Assembly: GCF_000299365.1 (NCBI RefSeq)
Contig: NC_018655.1
Coordinates: 1,470,001-1,502,000 of the forward strand
Direction: 5' to 3'
Length of the DNA stretch: 32,000 nucleotides
Source: Candidatus Nitrosopumilus koreensis AR1
GTDB lineage: Archaea > Thermoproteota > Nitrososphaeria > Nitrososphaerales > Nitrosopumilaceae
The position numbers and the translations under genes were made by a program. The notes under the pieces are model-generated. The model saw nothing but the letters and a program-made list of their open reading frames with translations, searched no databases and was not told the DNA's origin. Of this stretch, positions 1 through 8,063 are shown in pieces (positions within the stretch are counted from its first letter, which is position 1; the number at the start of each line of letters is the position of its first letter).

Positions 1-14
1 AATCGTCTTATAAA

Positions 15-335
15 TCATTGAGATATTATTTTACGATAAGTATGCCCACACAAGTAGCAAGATATTCTGATCGACTTGACAGACGCTCTACCTAAACGGA
101 TTCTAGAATTCACTCCAGGGGCAATGAATGATTTGCATTTTTTACAAAAAACCATTCTAAGCTCATAAGGCATTCGGATTTTGTGTCTAGTACTAATCCT
201 TCTAGCAAGAAGTGCCTGGCGCTGAGAGAGTTTGGGATTTTCTTTTGCATTACTGATTGCATTTTTTATTAGAATGTGCATTCTCTCCATTGCAAGTTTT
301 CTTACTGCAGGTTTCACAATAATTTCTGAGGTCAC
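15..335 (-). CDS. rnp4: Ribonuclease P protein component 4 (Rpr2/Rpp21 family)
   Basis: 106-aa ORF with CKKCKSF...CYLCGHTYR zinc-binding cysteines and an N-terminal ERMHILIKNA helix typical of archaeal Rpr2/Rnp4. Confidence 0.85.
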   Translation of the reverse strand: MTSEIIVKPAVRKLAMERMHILIKNAISNAKENPKLSQRQALLARRISTRHKIRMPYELRMVFCKKCKSFIAPGVNSRIRLGRASVKSIRISCYLCGHTYRKIISQ

Positions 336-364
336 ACCTAAAAATTACTTGTTATTAGAAAAGA

Positions 365-438
365 TGCAGTCAGCGGGATTCGAACCCGCGTCACAGGGTT
401 GGAAACCCCGAATACTAACCAGGCTATACTATGACTGC
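365..438 (-). tRNA. tRNA-Gly (anticodon TCC), no intron
   Basis: Minus strand GCAGTCA-TA-GTAT-AGCCTGGTTA-GTAT-T-CGGGG-TTTCCAA-CCCTG-TGAC-GCGGG-TTCGAAT-CCCGC-TGACTGC-A folds into a full cloverleaf; anticodon loop TTTCCAA. Confidence 0.93.
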
Positions 439-460
439 AACAGAATGCAAATTTTGAGTC

Positions 461-1129
461 CTACATAAAAATGGTTTTTTCACACTCATACAGCATTCTG
501 GCAACTACAGTGTGTCCTTCAAAGGATTCATCGCCAACCGAATACATTTGAGTGAACTTTTTTTCAATTATATCTGAAAAGTGTCCCTTTTGGAATCCCC
601 CAAATACAAGGCAGGAGTCATTTGAAATATCGGCAGCAATTTTTTCATAAGAGTTCAAGTCGCCTTTGGTAGAAAACCCCAGTACATTTGATGGGTTTAT
701 TTCATCTACTAGTTCTGGAAATGTTTTGTCTTTGATTTCAAGTAGGACATTATTATTTGCAATTATCTTTTTTTCTTTATACAATTTTTCAATTAAACCT
801 TCGAATCGATGATATGATTTTGGCACATGCACATTTGATCCAAAAGAAATTACCTTATCATCAACTGTATGAACATAAAATTTGATTTTATTTTTTTGGT
901 AAAGTGGAATTGTTGTAGCTTCAAGTATTGAAAAATGTACAAGGTCTGGCCGTCCTCTTTTCAATTCATTGTCAATTCCTTTCATTGCTGCAAAATGCCA
1001 TGAATTATCCAATAGAATTTCAGATGGATGTTTTCCCAATTTTCTTGCATGGGAAATTACAGATGGATGGTGTTTTAATTCAGACGGTACAAGCTCTAAT
1101 GCAGATTCTGCTAGAATTAAAGAAATCAT
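461..1129 (-). CDS. nep1: Nep1/Emg1-type small-subunit rRNA pseudouridine methyltransferase (SPOUT)
   Basis: 222 aa; LVPSELKHHPSV, LLDNSWHFAAMK, KRGRPDLVHFSILEATTIPLY and CLVFGGFQKGHFS are Nep1 family signatures. Confidence 0.88.
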   Translation of the reverse strand: MISLILAESALELVPSELKHHPSVISHARKLGKHPSEILLDNSWHFAAMKGIDNELKRGRPDLVHFSILEATTIPLYQKNKIKFYVHTVDDKVISFGSNVHVPKSYHRFEGLIEKLYKEKKIIANNNVLLEIKDKTFPELVDEINPSNVLGFSTKGDLNSYEKIAADISNDSCLVFGGFQKGHFSDIIEKKFTQMYSVGDESFEGHTVVARMLYECEKTIFM

Positions 1130-1130
1130 T

Positions 1131-2258
1131 TTAGTTTATCATTTGAATTTGATTTTTAAATTCATTCCAACTTGGTTTTGGATTGCCGTTCTCATCAAAT
1201 AATCCTGCATTACAGACGTAATGGTTTAGTCTCTCAATTACATGCTCACTACTTCCAAAACCAGAACCGCCAATCTCAAGTTTGCTTTCTCCAATATCCT
1301 GTGCTTCAAATGAGCAAGTTCCTTCTGGCTTGTCATATTGTCTATACCAAGTAAAAAACTCCAACTCTGATTCATTTTCTGTATAAAATTCAAAAGATTT
1401 TCCTACAAATTCAGTCTGAGAGTCTTCACTTCCACCAACAAAGTCAGATGTGCTCCAACTAATCTCAAAGATTGCAGCCTTTTTCTCACCTGCCAAATCA
1501 AAAATTTGTTCTAAATCTTCTTTTGCTTGTTGTGGAGTTTTTACCATCTCATTTAGGACATCAACAGGAGAGTAAGAAAATGCTACAAAATCACCAACAT
1601 CTAGATCAGTTACGATATATCTCAAGTTCTTACTCAAAACTTGGTGTAATGCAAATGAATTTCCAATTTTTACATCAGGATGTTTTTCTTTGATTTGGTC
1701 ATACACTCCTGTGAACAGTTCTTTGTAAGCAGGAATGTTTTGTTCATGATATCGGAATTGAGATTCTGTTTGTCCTGCAAGAATCACTGTATCAATAATG
1801 TCATATCGTGATAAAATTGCATCAAGTACGCTAACTACTCTATCTTCTCTAAGAGATTGAATTGGTGGGTTTCCAATCCAACTTGGGAAAGGTCCAAGAG
1901 TTTCTCCGTTAATTATTGAAAAGTAAAGTGTAACTTTGAGATCATTTTTTTTGTTAAAGCTCATCAGTGCATCAGAATATTGCCAATCATATTCCCCACG
2001 CTCTGGTTCAACTAAATTCCAGAAAAGATAGACGTTGCTTCGTCCAATACCAGATTCAGATGCAGTAGAATAGATCTCATCTAGGTCTTGCAGTGTTACA
2101 GATTGAGTTGGAGGATTTATGACTAGTCCAATTTTATCATTAGTTTTTTGAGGAATAACTTCAGTATCTGGAATGCTAAGAACTCCAGCTGCAATTGCTA
2201 TAACTACAGCTATAACTACGGCTACACCTACAGTCACGCCTAGAATCTTCTTATCCAT
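1131..2258 (-). CDS. Membrane-anchored secreted protein, glycoside-hydrolase-like (probable TIM-barrel) domain
   Basis: N-terminal hydrophobic anchor (KKILGVTVGVAVVIAVVIAIAAGV) followed by NVYLFWNLVEPERGEYDWQYSDALMSFNKKNDLKVTLYF and the C-terminal AGLFDENGNPKPSWNEFK pattern seen in GH-type barrels. Confidence 0.55.
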   Translation of the reverse strand: MDKKILGVTVGVAVVIAVVIAIAAGVLSIPDTEVIPQKTNDKIGLVINPPTQSVTLQDLDEIYSTASESGIGRSNVYLFWNLVEPERGEYDWQYSDALMSFNKKNDLKVTLYFSIINGETLGPFPSWIGNPPIQSLREDRVVSVLDAILSRYDIIDTVILAGQTESQFRYHEQNIPAYKELFTGVYDQIKEKHPDVKIGNSFALHQVLSKNLRYIVTDLDVGDFVAFSYSPVDVLNEMVKTPQQAKEDLEQIFDLAGEKKAAIFEISWSTSDFVGGSEDSQTEFVGKSFEFYTENESELEFFTWYRQYDKPEGTCSFEAQDIGESKLEIGGSGFGSSEHVIERLNHYVCNAGLFDENGNPKPSWNEFKNQIQMIN

Positions 2259-2304
2259 AAGAACTCAAAAAGAAAAGAAAGTAAAAAAGTTGTGATTCTG
2301 TTAT

Positions 2305-4956
2305 TTATCCAGACGTACAACCACTAAATCCGCATTCAATGCAGATACTGCAACCTTCTACAAATACAAGATTGTTTTTGCATGTTGGGCACAGACGATC
2401 TTCTGAAACTTCCTCTGATTGAATGGGTTCAGATTTTATTTCTTCATCATGTACCTTTAATGCAAGTGCTGCATTAACTTGGGATTTGATGTAGGGATTT
2501 GTTATTTGTTTTGTAACATATTCTGTCACATGTTCACTAGGAGTAACATCAAATATTTTTTGAGCATTCTCACTTGTCATGTGAAGAACTTGTTTGTGTC
2601 TAGAGCCATCACGGTAAACTGTAATTCCCTTGAGTCCAATTTCATGGGCTAACAGATATGCTGACTTTACATCTTCTGCAGTTACATCATATGGCATGTT
2701 GATTGTTTTTGCAATTGCATTTCCAATCCAGTCTTGCCATACACCTTGAGCCATAAGGTGATCAGACCAGTGAATATCCATTGCAGTGACAAAGACATCT
2801 TGCATCCATTGAGGAATTTCTTCGATCCCTTTCAATGAACCATAGTTGTCTGCAATCTTTGCAAGAATTTCATCTGTGTATAGATTATTTTCTTTTAGGA
2901 CTTGTTCAACAATTTTGTTTGTGTAGAAGAATCTTCCTACAGTAACTCTCTTCTCAAAGACCAATGCAAATGCAGGTTCCATTCCATTTGAACAGTCTGC
3001 AATCATTGACAGAGTACCTGTTGGGGCTACAGTTGTAGTCAAGACATTTCTTATTCCGTATTCCTTTATTTTTTCAATCAATGCATCCCATTCATAGGAG
3101 TGGGATTCTTTTGGTTTTTCATAATAACCTGCAACTGGAATCTTTCCTTCAGGATATTCAGTCTTAGAACACAATGGGAATTCACCACGAGATTTTGCAA
3201 GGGCTACACTTTCTTCCATGGAATAATATGTTAGGGCTTCAGAGAGTTTGGATTGTAATTCATATCCTTCTTTGGAGTTGTATGGAATTCTTAGTTTGTA
3301 CAACAGATCAGCTACTCCCATTACACCTAAACCAATTCTTCGAGATTCTTTTGATGCTACGTTGATCTCTGGTACTGGATAGTTGTTAACATCTATGATG
3401 TTATCAAGGAATCTAGTAGTCTTTCTGATTGTTTCCTCATATCTTTGCCAATCAAATTCATAGGTTCCATCTGCTTGTCTCTTGACAAGATTTACCAAAT
3501 TGATTGAACCAAGATTGCATGATTCGTATGGGTAAAGACTTTGTTCACCACAAGGATTTGTTGCACGTAATGGTGCTTGTCTTGCTTTTGCAAACACGTT
3601 GTATTTGTTAATTTGATCAAAGAAGATCAAACCAGGTTCTGCACTCTTCCATGCAGACAATGCAATCAAATCAATTAATTGATGTGCATTGATTTCTTTG
3701 ACTGGTTTTTTGTCACGTGGACTACGTAAGACATAGTTTCCATCACTGGTATTTACAAGTGCATGCCAAAAGTCCTCCCAAATACCTACACTGACGTTAA
3801 AGTTTTCTAAAACTCCAGGTTCTGTTTTGTTTGTGATGAACTTTTCAACATCTGGATGCCATGCTTCAATAATTCCCATGTTAGCACCACGTCTCTTTCC
3901 ACCTTGCTTTACTACTTCAGTTACAGTGTTAATGATGTTCATAAATGACACTGGACCTGATGCAACGCCTGATGTAGAAGCTACAATATCACCTTCTTCA
4001 CGAAGATCAGAGTAGTTTATTCCCACTCCACCACCGGATTTGAAGATTAATGCTGCATCAGAAGTTGATTTCATGATTTCTTCCATGCCATCATTCATTC
4101 CAAGCACAAAACATGCAGAGAGTTGACCTAGTCTGCCACCTGCATTCATCATTGTTGGTGAATTTGGCAAAAAGTCTTGTGCAACCATCAGATCAAAGTA
4201 TTCTGTGATTTTGTCTGCATAGCTGTCTAGTTTTTTAGCTGCAAGCAATGTCAAAAGTTCTTTGAAGCTTACTTTCATCTGACCCTTTCCTGCAAGAGTC
4301 ACATAGTGGTTGATGAGTGATCTGAAATGCCATTTGTTGAAGAAGTAATCTCCAACTTTGAATTTGTAATCAAAGGCATCTAGTTTTTCAAGATAAGATT
4401 TTGCTTCCTCTACGTCTTGAGTAGTGTGCCCTGACTTGTCAAATACTTGTGCATCATACAACATATCACCAATCCCTACAAGAATTGCAACTCTCTCAAA
4501 CATCTGAGTTGGAGACTCAATAATCTCATTTTTTCCATTTCTGAAAAGGTATCTTGATGCTAAGACTCTGAGACAGTTCAAGTCAAACTTTTTGGAAACT
4601 GGATCTAAGGCCTTTAGATTTAGGACCTTCATCTTTTCGTCTCTTAGTTTTCGTCTCTCATGTCTGTAAACAATGTAGGCTTTAGCAATATCGCTATTAC
4701 CACTATCAATCAAAGTAGACTCTACAATATCTTGAATGTCTTCAACTGTAGGTGTTCTAGAACTAGTAAATCCTTGTTCTACTAATTTGTTAACAACATT
4801 ATCTGCTAACTGGTCGGCTAGGCCACGGTCGGCTTTAGAGGTGGCAGCCAATGCCCTGAATATGGCATTTGAAATTTTATCTTTATTGAAAGCCGTAACT
4901 GCGCCACTGCGCTTACGGATCTCACTGATCGTATTTTCTATTTGTGAATTATCCAT
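2305..4956 (-). CDS. nrdJ: Adenosylcobalamin-dependent (class II) ribonucleotide reductase with N-terminal ATP-cone
   Basis: RATNPCGEQSLYPYESCNLGSINL, FVLGMNDGMEEIMKS, VAPTGTLSMIADCSNGMEPAF and C-terminal CPTCKNNLVFVEGCSICIECGFSGC. The ORF opens at 4986, but MDNSQIENTI preceded by GGGGAGATTATA suggests a start at 4956. Confidence 0.93.
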   Translation of the reverse strand: MDNSQIENTISEIRKRSGAVTAFNKDKISNAIFRALAATSKADRGLADQLADNVVNKLVEQGFTSSRTPTVEDIQDIVESTLIDSGNSDIAKAYIVYRHERRKLRDEKMKVLNLKALDPVSKKFDLNCLRVLASRYLFRNGKNEIIESPTQMFERVAILVGIGDMLYDAQVFDKSGHTTQDVEEAKSYLEKLDAFDYKFKVGDYFFNKWHFRSLINHYVTLAGKGQMKVSFKELLTLLAAKKLDSYADKITEYFDLMVAQDFLPNSPTMMNAGGRLGQLSACFVLGMNDGMEEIMKSTSDAALIFKSGGGVGINYSDLREEGDIVASTSGVASGPVSFMNIINTVTEVVKQGGKRRGANMGIIEAWHPDVEKFITNKTEPGVLENFNVSVGIWEDFWHALVNTSDGNYVLRSPRDKKPVKEINAHQLIDLIALSAWKSAEPGLIFFDQINKYNVFAKARQAPLRATNPCGEQSLYPYESCNLGSINLVNLVKRQADGTYEFDWQRYEETIRKTTRFLDNIIDVNNYPVPEINVASKESRRIGLGVMGVADLLYKLRIPYNSKEGYELQSKLSEALTYYSMEESVALAKSRGEFPLCSKTEYPEGKIPVAGYYEKPKESHSYEWDALIEKIKEYGIRNVLTTTVAPTGTLSMIADCSNGMEPAFALVFEKRVTVGRFFYTNKIVEQVLKENNLYTDEILAKIADNYGSLKGIEEIPQWMQDVFVTAMDIHWSDHLMAQGVWQDWIGNAIAKTINMPYDVTAEDVKSAYLLAHEIGLKGITVYRDGSRHKQVLHMTSENAQKIFDVTPSEHVTEYVTKQITNPYIKSQVNAALALKVHDEEIKSEPIQSEEVSEDRLCPTCKNNLVFVEGCSICIECGFSGCTSG

Positions 4957-4992
4957 TATAATCTCCCCGTAGAGGGTTATGATCAATGAGAG

Positions 4993-4999
4993 TATAAAT
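4993..4999 (-). promoter_or_regulatory. Putative TATA box of nrdJ (ATTTATA on minus strand)
   Basis: TATAAAT on + strand, about 40 bp upstream of the MDNSQ start codon, consistent with a short 5' leader. Confidence 0.5.
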
Positions 5000-5161
5000 G
5001 GTTTGTCAGTTTTTGTCTAAAAATTCGGTTCAATAAAATTGACAACGGTACTATGAATTTCATAACGGCATAACTTGCACAGTAGACGATGATCGTACAG
5101 GTCTGAAACAGATCAAAAAGTTTTCAAAAATGATCGTAACTAGTTTGCTCAGTTATGAAAT

Positions 5162-7327
5162 TCAGACAACGTACGGAGACTTGCACTTTGGACACTTGTC
5201 ATCAAAGGGTTCGTCCTTGAACCCACATTCACCGCATATTGCAATCTCTTGAACAGGTTTAAAGGAAGTCGTAAGTTCTGATGCTTTCTCAATTGCCTTT
5301 TTGATTTCTGCAGGCTTAGCATCCTTTGCGATTTTCAACGTTACAAACAATCCTCCGTTAAGCAGCTTTGAGAGCTTGTTGCATTCAGATATTGGCTCGC
5401 TTTTGTTAGTATAGTCAGAGATCTCAGATGCACTAATTTCTATTCCTTCTGAGTAAGAATCGCCATCCATAGAGTTCAAAGAGGAGTTTTTACCGTATTT
5501 CTCACCATCTAGGGTTGCAAAACGAGTAGAACTCTCAGTCTCAGTCATGCAAATAGCCACAGGATCACCTAATTCTTTGCCTTTTTTGGCTCCAACATCA
5601 ACTGCGGTCTCAATTACCTTGTGAAGGATTTCATGCCCTTCCTTATTATCCTTGAATCCAAGAATGTTAAAGACTGCCTCCTTGAGGCCCACTAAATTAA
5701 TGACTAGTGAAACAGTGCTTCTTTGCATGTACTGGGTGTTTTTAGCCAAGATGGGATTCAGTCCGCGTCTTGTCAGATCCGAGATGTCTTTCTTTCTTAG
5801 TGCCATAGATGACAAAGCTGGTTTCATCAACAATGCCAATCTTGCTCTAAAGTAAGTTTCATCTTTGTTTGATTCAAATGCTAATCTTGGAAGGTTAATT
5901 GATACTGATTGGAGCATAATTGATAGTGGACCAGAACTTTTGGTTGAGCCGTTTGTAACTCCGTAACTTGATGTTTGTCCTTTAGCAAACATAACTTTAC
6001 CACCAATTGAAATTATTTCGGATACAGCTTCAGAGACATCAGTAATCTTTCCTTTTTCATTGTCTATGATCAAACCAATTTTTGGAATTGGTGTGATCTT
6101 TGCATAGTTTTGATATGCATTAATAATTGAATTAATTATTTTTGTATCAGATCCTAGTTGCAATCTGATTGAAACATTAGTACTTGATTTGTTATATTTG
6201 GAAGTTGTAGATGCAGTTGCAAATGCTGCAGTTAATTTTTGTTCTAGTTCTGGAAGTGACTTTGAATGTTTTGAAAATAATTGAACTAATCCATCAAGTA
6301 CAATTTCTTGTGAAGCTTCTTTTGAAAGAAGTGAGATTACAACAGACAATGCACTGGTAATTTCGTCTAATTGTTTTGATGCAGGAATTCTTGAGACATC
6401 AAGATACTTTCCACCAAGATCTATTCCATCTTCAATTAACTCTTTAACATTAACAAAAACTGTATCAGGAATCATTGACCATACACCAGGATTTGCAATA
6501 TGTAGATCACCAGAGAGATGAGAGTCGGCTACATCTTTTGGTAAGATGTTTGTAAGAAGATGTTCAGCAAAAACTCTTTGTCCTGTTTTAAACAAGAGAC
6601 CTTCAGCACCGTTATCTACATTATCTAAGTTGGTAATCATCTCTTGAACATCATAAACAGGCAAGCCTAGGCGTGCAAGCTTGTTACGATATTCTTCGTG
6701 ACCGTGCTCAAGGAGCACAGAATTCACCATTTCTCTGATAAGCGAGCCTGTAAGATAGGTAGTCTGATACTTGTAAATTCTGTTTTCAACTTCTTCAGTA
6801 ATTTTTTGTGCAAGTTCAAGTGGAAGACTACCCTCACGAACAAGTGACTGAATGATTTTATGAGAATTAAATTCTTCAATGGATTCATGTGATGTTCTAA
6901 CATACATCTTTCCACTTTCAATAATTGATCTTTCTTCGATTTGTCTTGCTAAGCTCAAAACTAATTTTCCAAGATTTGTAATTGTATAACGTCTTTCAGA
7001 TTTGTTTAATGCAACTAGTGATTGTCTAAGTAATTTTCTCAAGTGGTATGCAAATTTTCCACTTTCTTTTTTTGATTTGAAACCGGCAAGTGATTTTAGT
7101 TCTGAATAAGTTAAAGGACCTTTTGAATTTAGGATTCTTAAGATATCGATTCTGTTAGGGCTTGCCATTACAGAGAAGATCATTCTGACACGTTTTGAGG
7201 TAGACTGTAAAATGCCACCCCGTTTTGATGAATCCGAATCGTCATCCAAGTCTGCATCTAGATCATCGTCTTCGACATCTAGATCACCTTCAAGATCTAA
7301 TTCTAGTTCTTCATCACTCATTTTCAT
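5162..7327 (-). CDS. HTH (ArsR-like) + ATP-cone + NrdD-like domain + C-terminal zinc ribbon; candidate nucleotide-responsive regulator
   Basis: ASPNRIDILRILNSKGPLTYSELKSLAG..KFAYHLRKLLRQSLV (winged HTH); YVRTSHESIEEFNSHKIIQSLV...ITEEVENRIYK (ATP-cone); NILPKDVADSHLSGDLHIANPG and SVSINLPRLAFESNKDETYF (NrdD-like); ICGECGFKDEPFDDKCPKCKSPYVV-stop. Confidence 0.8.
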   Translation of the reverse strand: MKMSDEELELDLEGDLDVEDDDLDADLDDDSDSSKRGGILQSTSKRVRMIFSVMASPNRIDILRILNSKGPLTYSELKSLAGFKSKKESGKFAYHLRKLLRQSLVALNKSERRYTITNLGKLVLSLARQIEERSIIESGKMYVRTSHESIEEFNSHKIIQSLVREGSLPLELAQKITEEVENRIYKYQTTYLTGSLIREMVNSVLLEHGHEEYRNKLARLGLPVYDVQEMITNLDNVDNGAEGLLFKTGQRVFAEHLLTNILPKDVADSHLSGDLHIANPGVWSMIPDTVFVNVKELIEDGIDLGGKYLDVSRIPASKQLDEITSALSVVISLLSKEASQEIVLDGLVQLFSKHSKSLPELEQKLTAAFATASTTSKYNKSSTNVSIRLQLGSDTKIINSIINAYQNYAKITPIPKIGLIIDNEKGKITDVSEAVSEIISIGGKVMFAKGQTSSYGVTNGSTKSSGPLSIMLQSVSINLPRLAFESNKDETYFRARLALLMKPALSSMALRKKDISDLTRRGLNPILAKNTQYMQRSTVSLVINLVGLKEAVFNILGFKDNKEGHEILHKVIETAVDVGAKKGKELGDPVAICMTETESSTRFATLDGEKYGKNSSLNSMDGDSYSEGIEISASEISDYTNKSEPISECNKLSKLLNGGLFVTLKIAKDAKPAEIKKAIEKASELTTSFKPVQEIAICGECGFKDEPFDDKCPKCKSPYVV

Positions 7328-7463
7328 GTACCTTTCTAAAAAAAAGCACTAATTAAGACTTATGACAGTATTAATTTGGATCGTTTTTGATCATTTTTCT
7401 AAATGCATACAAGGGTTTTAGATCTAATTTTGAAAAATTATGAAAAAGATCAGATAACATAGA

Positions 7464-7625
7464 TCATTTTTCTTGAACATCTAATGAAAATTCCGATGTA
7501 GAGAGTTTCTGTCCACATGACGGACACTTTCCACTATAAGGATTCATTACATCTTTTAGAGATTTTAACATCTTCATGTTTGTGATCTTTTCACCACATT
7601 TTCCACATGTAACTTCTACAGACAT
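7464..7625 (-). CDS. Small zinc-ribbon protein (53 aa), absent from the supplied ORF track
   Basis: Manual translation: MSVEVTCGKCGEKITNMKMLKSLKDVMNPYSGKCPSCGQKLSTSEFSLDVQEK-stop; two CxxC knuckles. Confidence 0.7.
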   Translation of the reverse strand: MSVEVTCGKCGEKITNMKMLKSLKDVMNPYSGKCPSCGQKLSTSEFSLDVQEK

Positions 7626-7696
7626 GATAATGATCATTGATGCAAAATAATTAAGAATCGATTCTGATTTTTTTTAATTAATTCAAACAAATATTT

Positions 7697-8062
7697 TTAC
7701 TGTTTTTCGATGATGATTCCTCTTTCATCGAAACCAGTAATTTTTGCTCTAGTCCCAACCGGAAGATCAGAAGGGGTAGCAATTCCTGCCATAAATCCTG
7801 AAATCCTCAAATCAGAATTATCCAGTTTGAGCACAACAAAGGCATATGGAGTATATTTCTCAAAGCCTGCAGGAGCCACAGTAATTATGGTATAAGTGGC
7901 AATTTCGCCAGTACCCTCCAAAAGCACATCCTCAAATCCCTTACTGCCACACTCTCGGCAAAAATATGCTGTAGAGAGATGAAGATATCCACAATCAGTA
8001 CACTTGTGAGTTAGGAGTTTACCATTTTTGGCGTTTTCAATTACTTGTTCTTCAACAGACAT
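7697..8062 (-). CDS. DUF35 / OB-fold and rubredoxin-like zinc-ribbon protein associated with thiolase
   Basis: CTDCGYLHLSTAYFCRECGSKGFE plus GEIATYTIITVAPAGFEKYTPYAFVVLKLD...GTRAKITGF. Start at internal M18 (MSVEEQVIENAKNG) places it directly after the thiolase gene. Confidence 0.85.
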   Translation of the reverse strand: MSVEEQVIENAKNGKLLTHKCTDCGYLHLSTAYFCRECGSKGFEDVLLEGTGEIATYTIITVAPAGFEKYTPYAFVVLKLDNSDLRISGFMAGIATPSDLPVGTRAKITGFDERGIIIEKQ

Positions 8063-8063
8063 T

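Noticed and set aside
232-468. Plus-strand ORF of 78 aa
   Set aside because: Runs through the tRNA-Gly gene and antisense to rnp4; no family features.
928-1354. Plus-strand ORFs (928..1134, 969..1202, 1172..1354)
   Set aside because: Antisense shadows of nep1 and the GH-like gene.
3174-4972. Plus-strand ORFs inside nrdJ
   Set aside because: Antisense shadows of a strongly supported class II RNR gene.
7629-7638. GATC motifs as a restriction-avoidance or methylation signal
   Set aside because: No methyltransferase or restriction gene is visible; repeats are better treated as candidate operators, and short AT-rich palindromes can occur by chance.
7666-7676. T-run after GATTC as a terminator
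   Set aside because: All nearby genes are on the minus strand, where this is an A-run.
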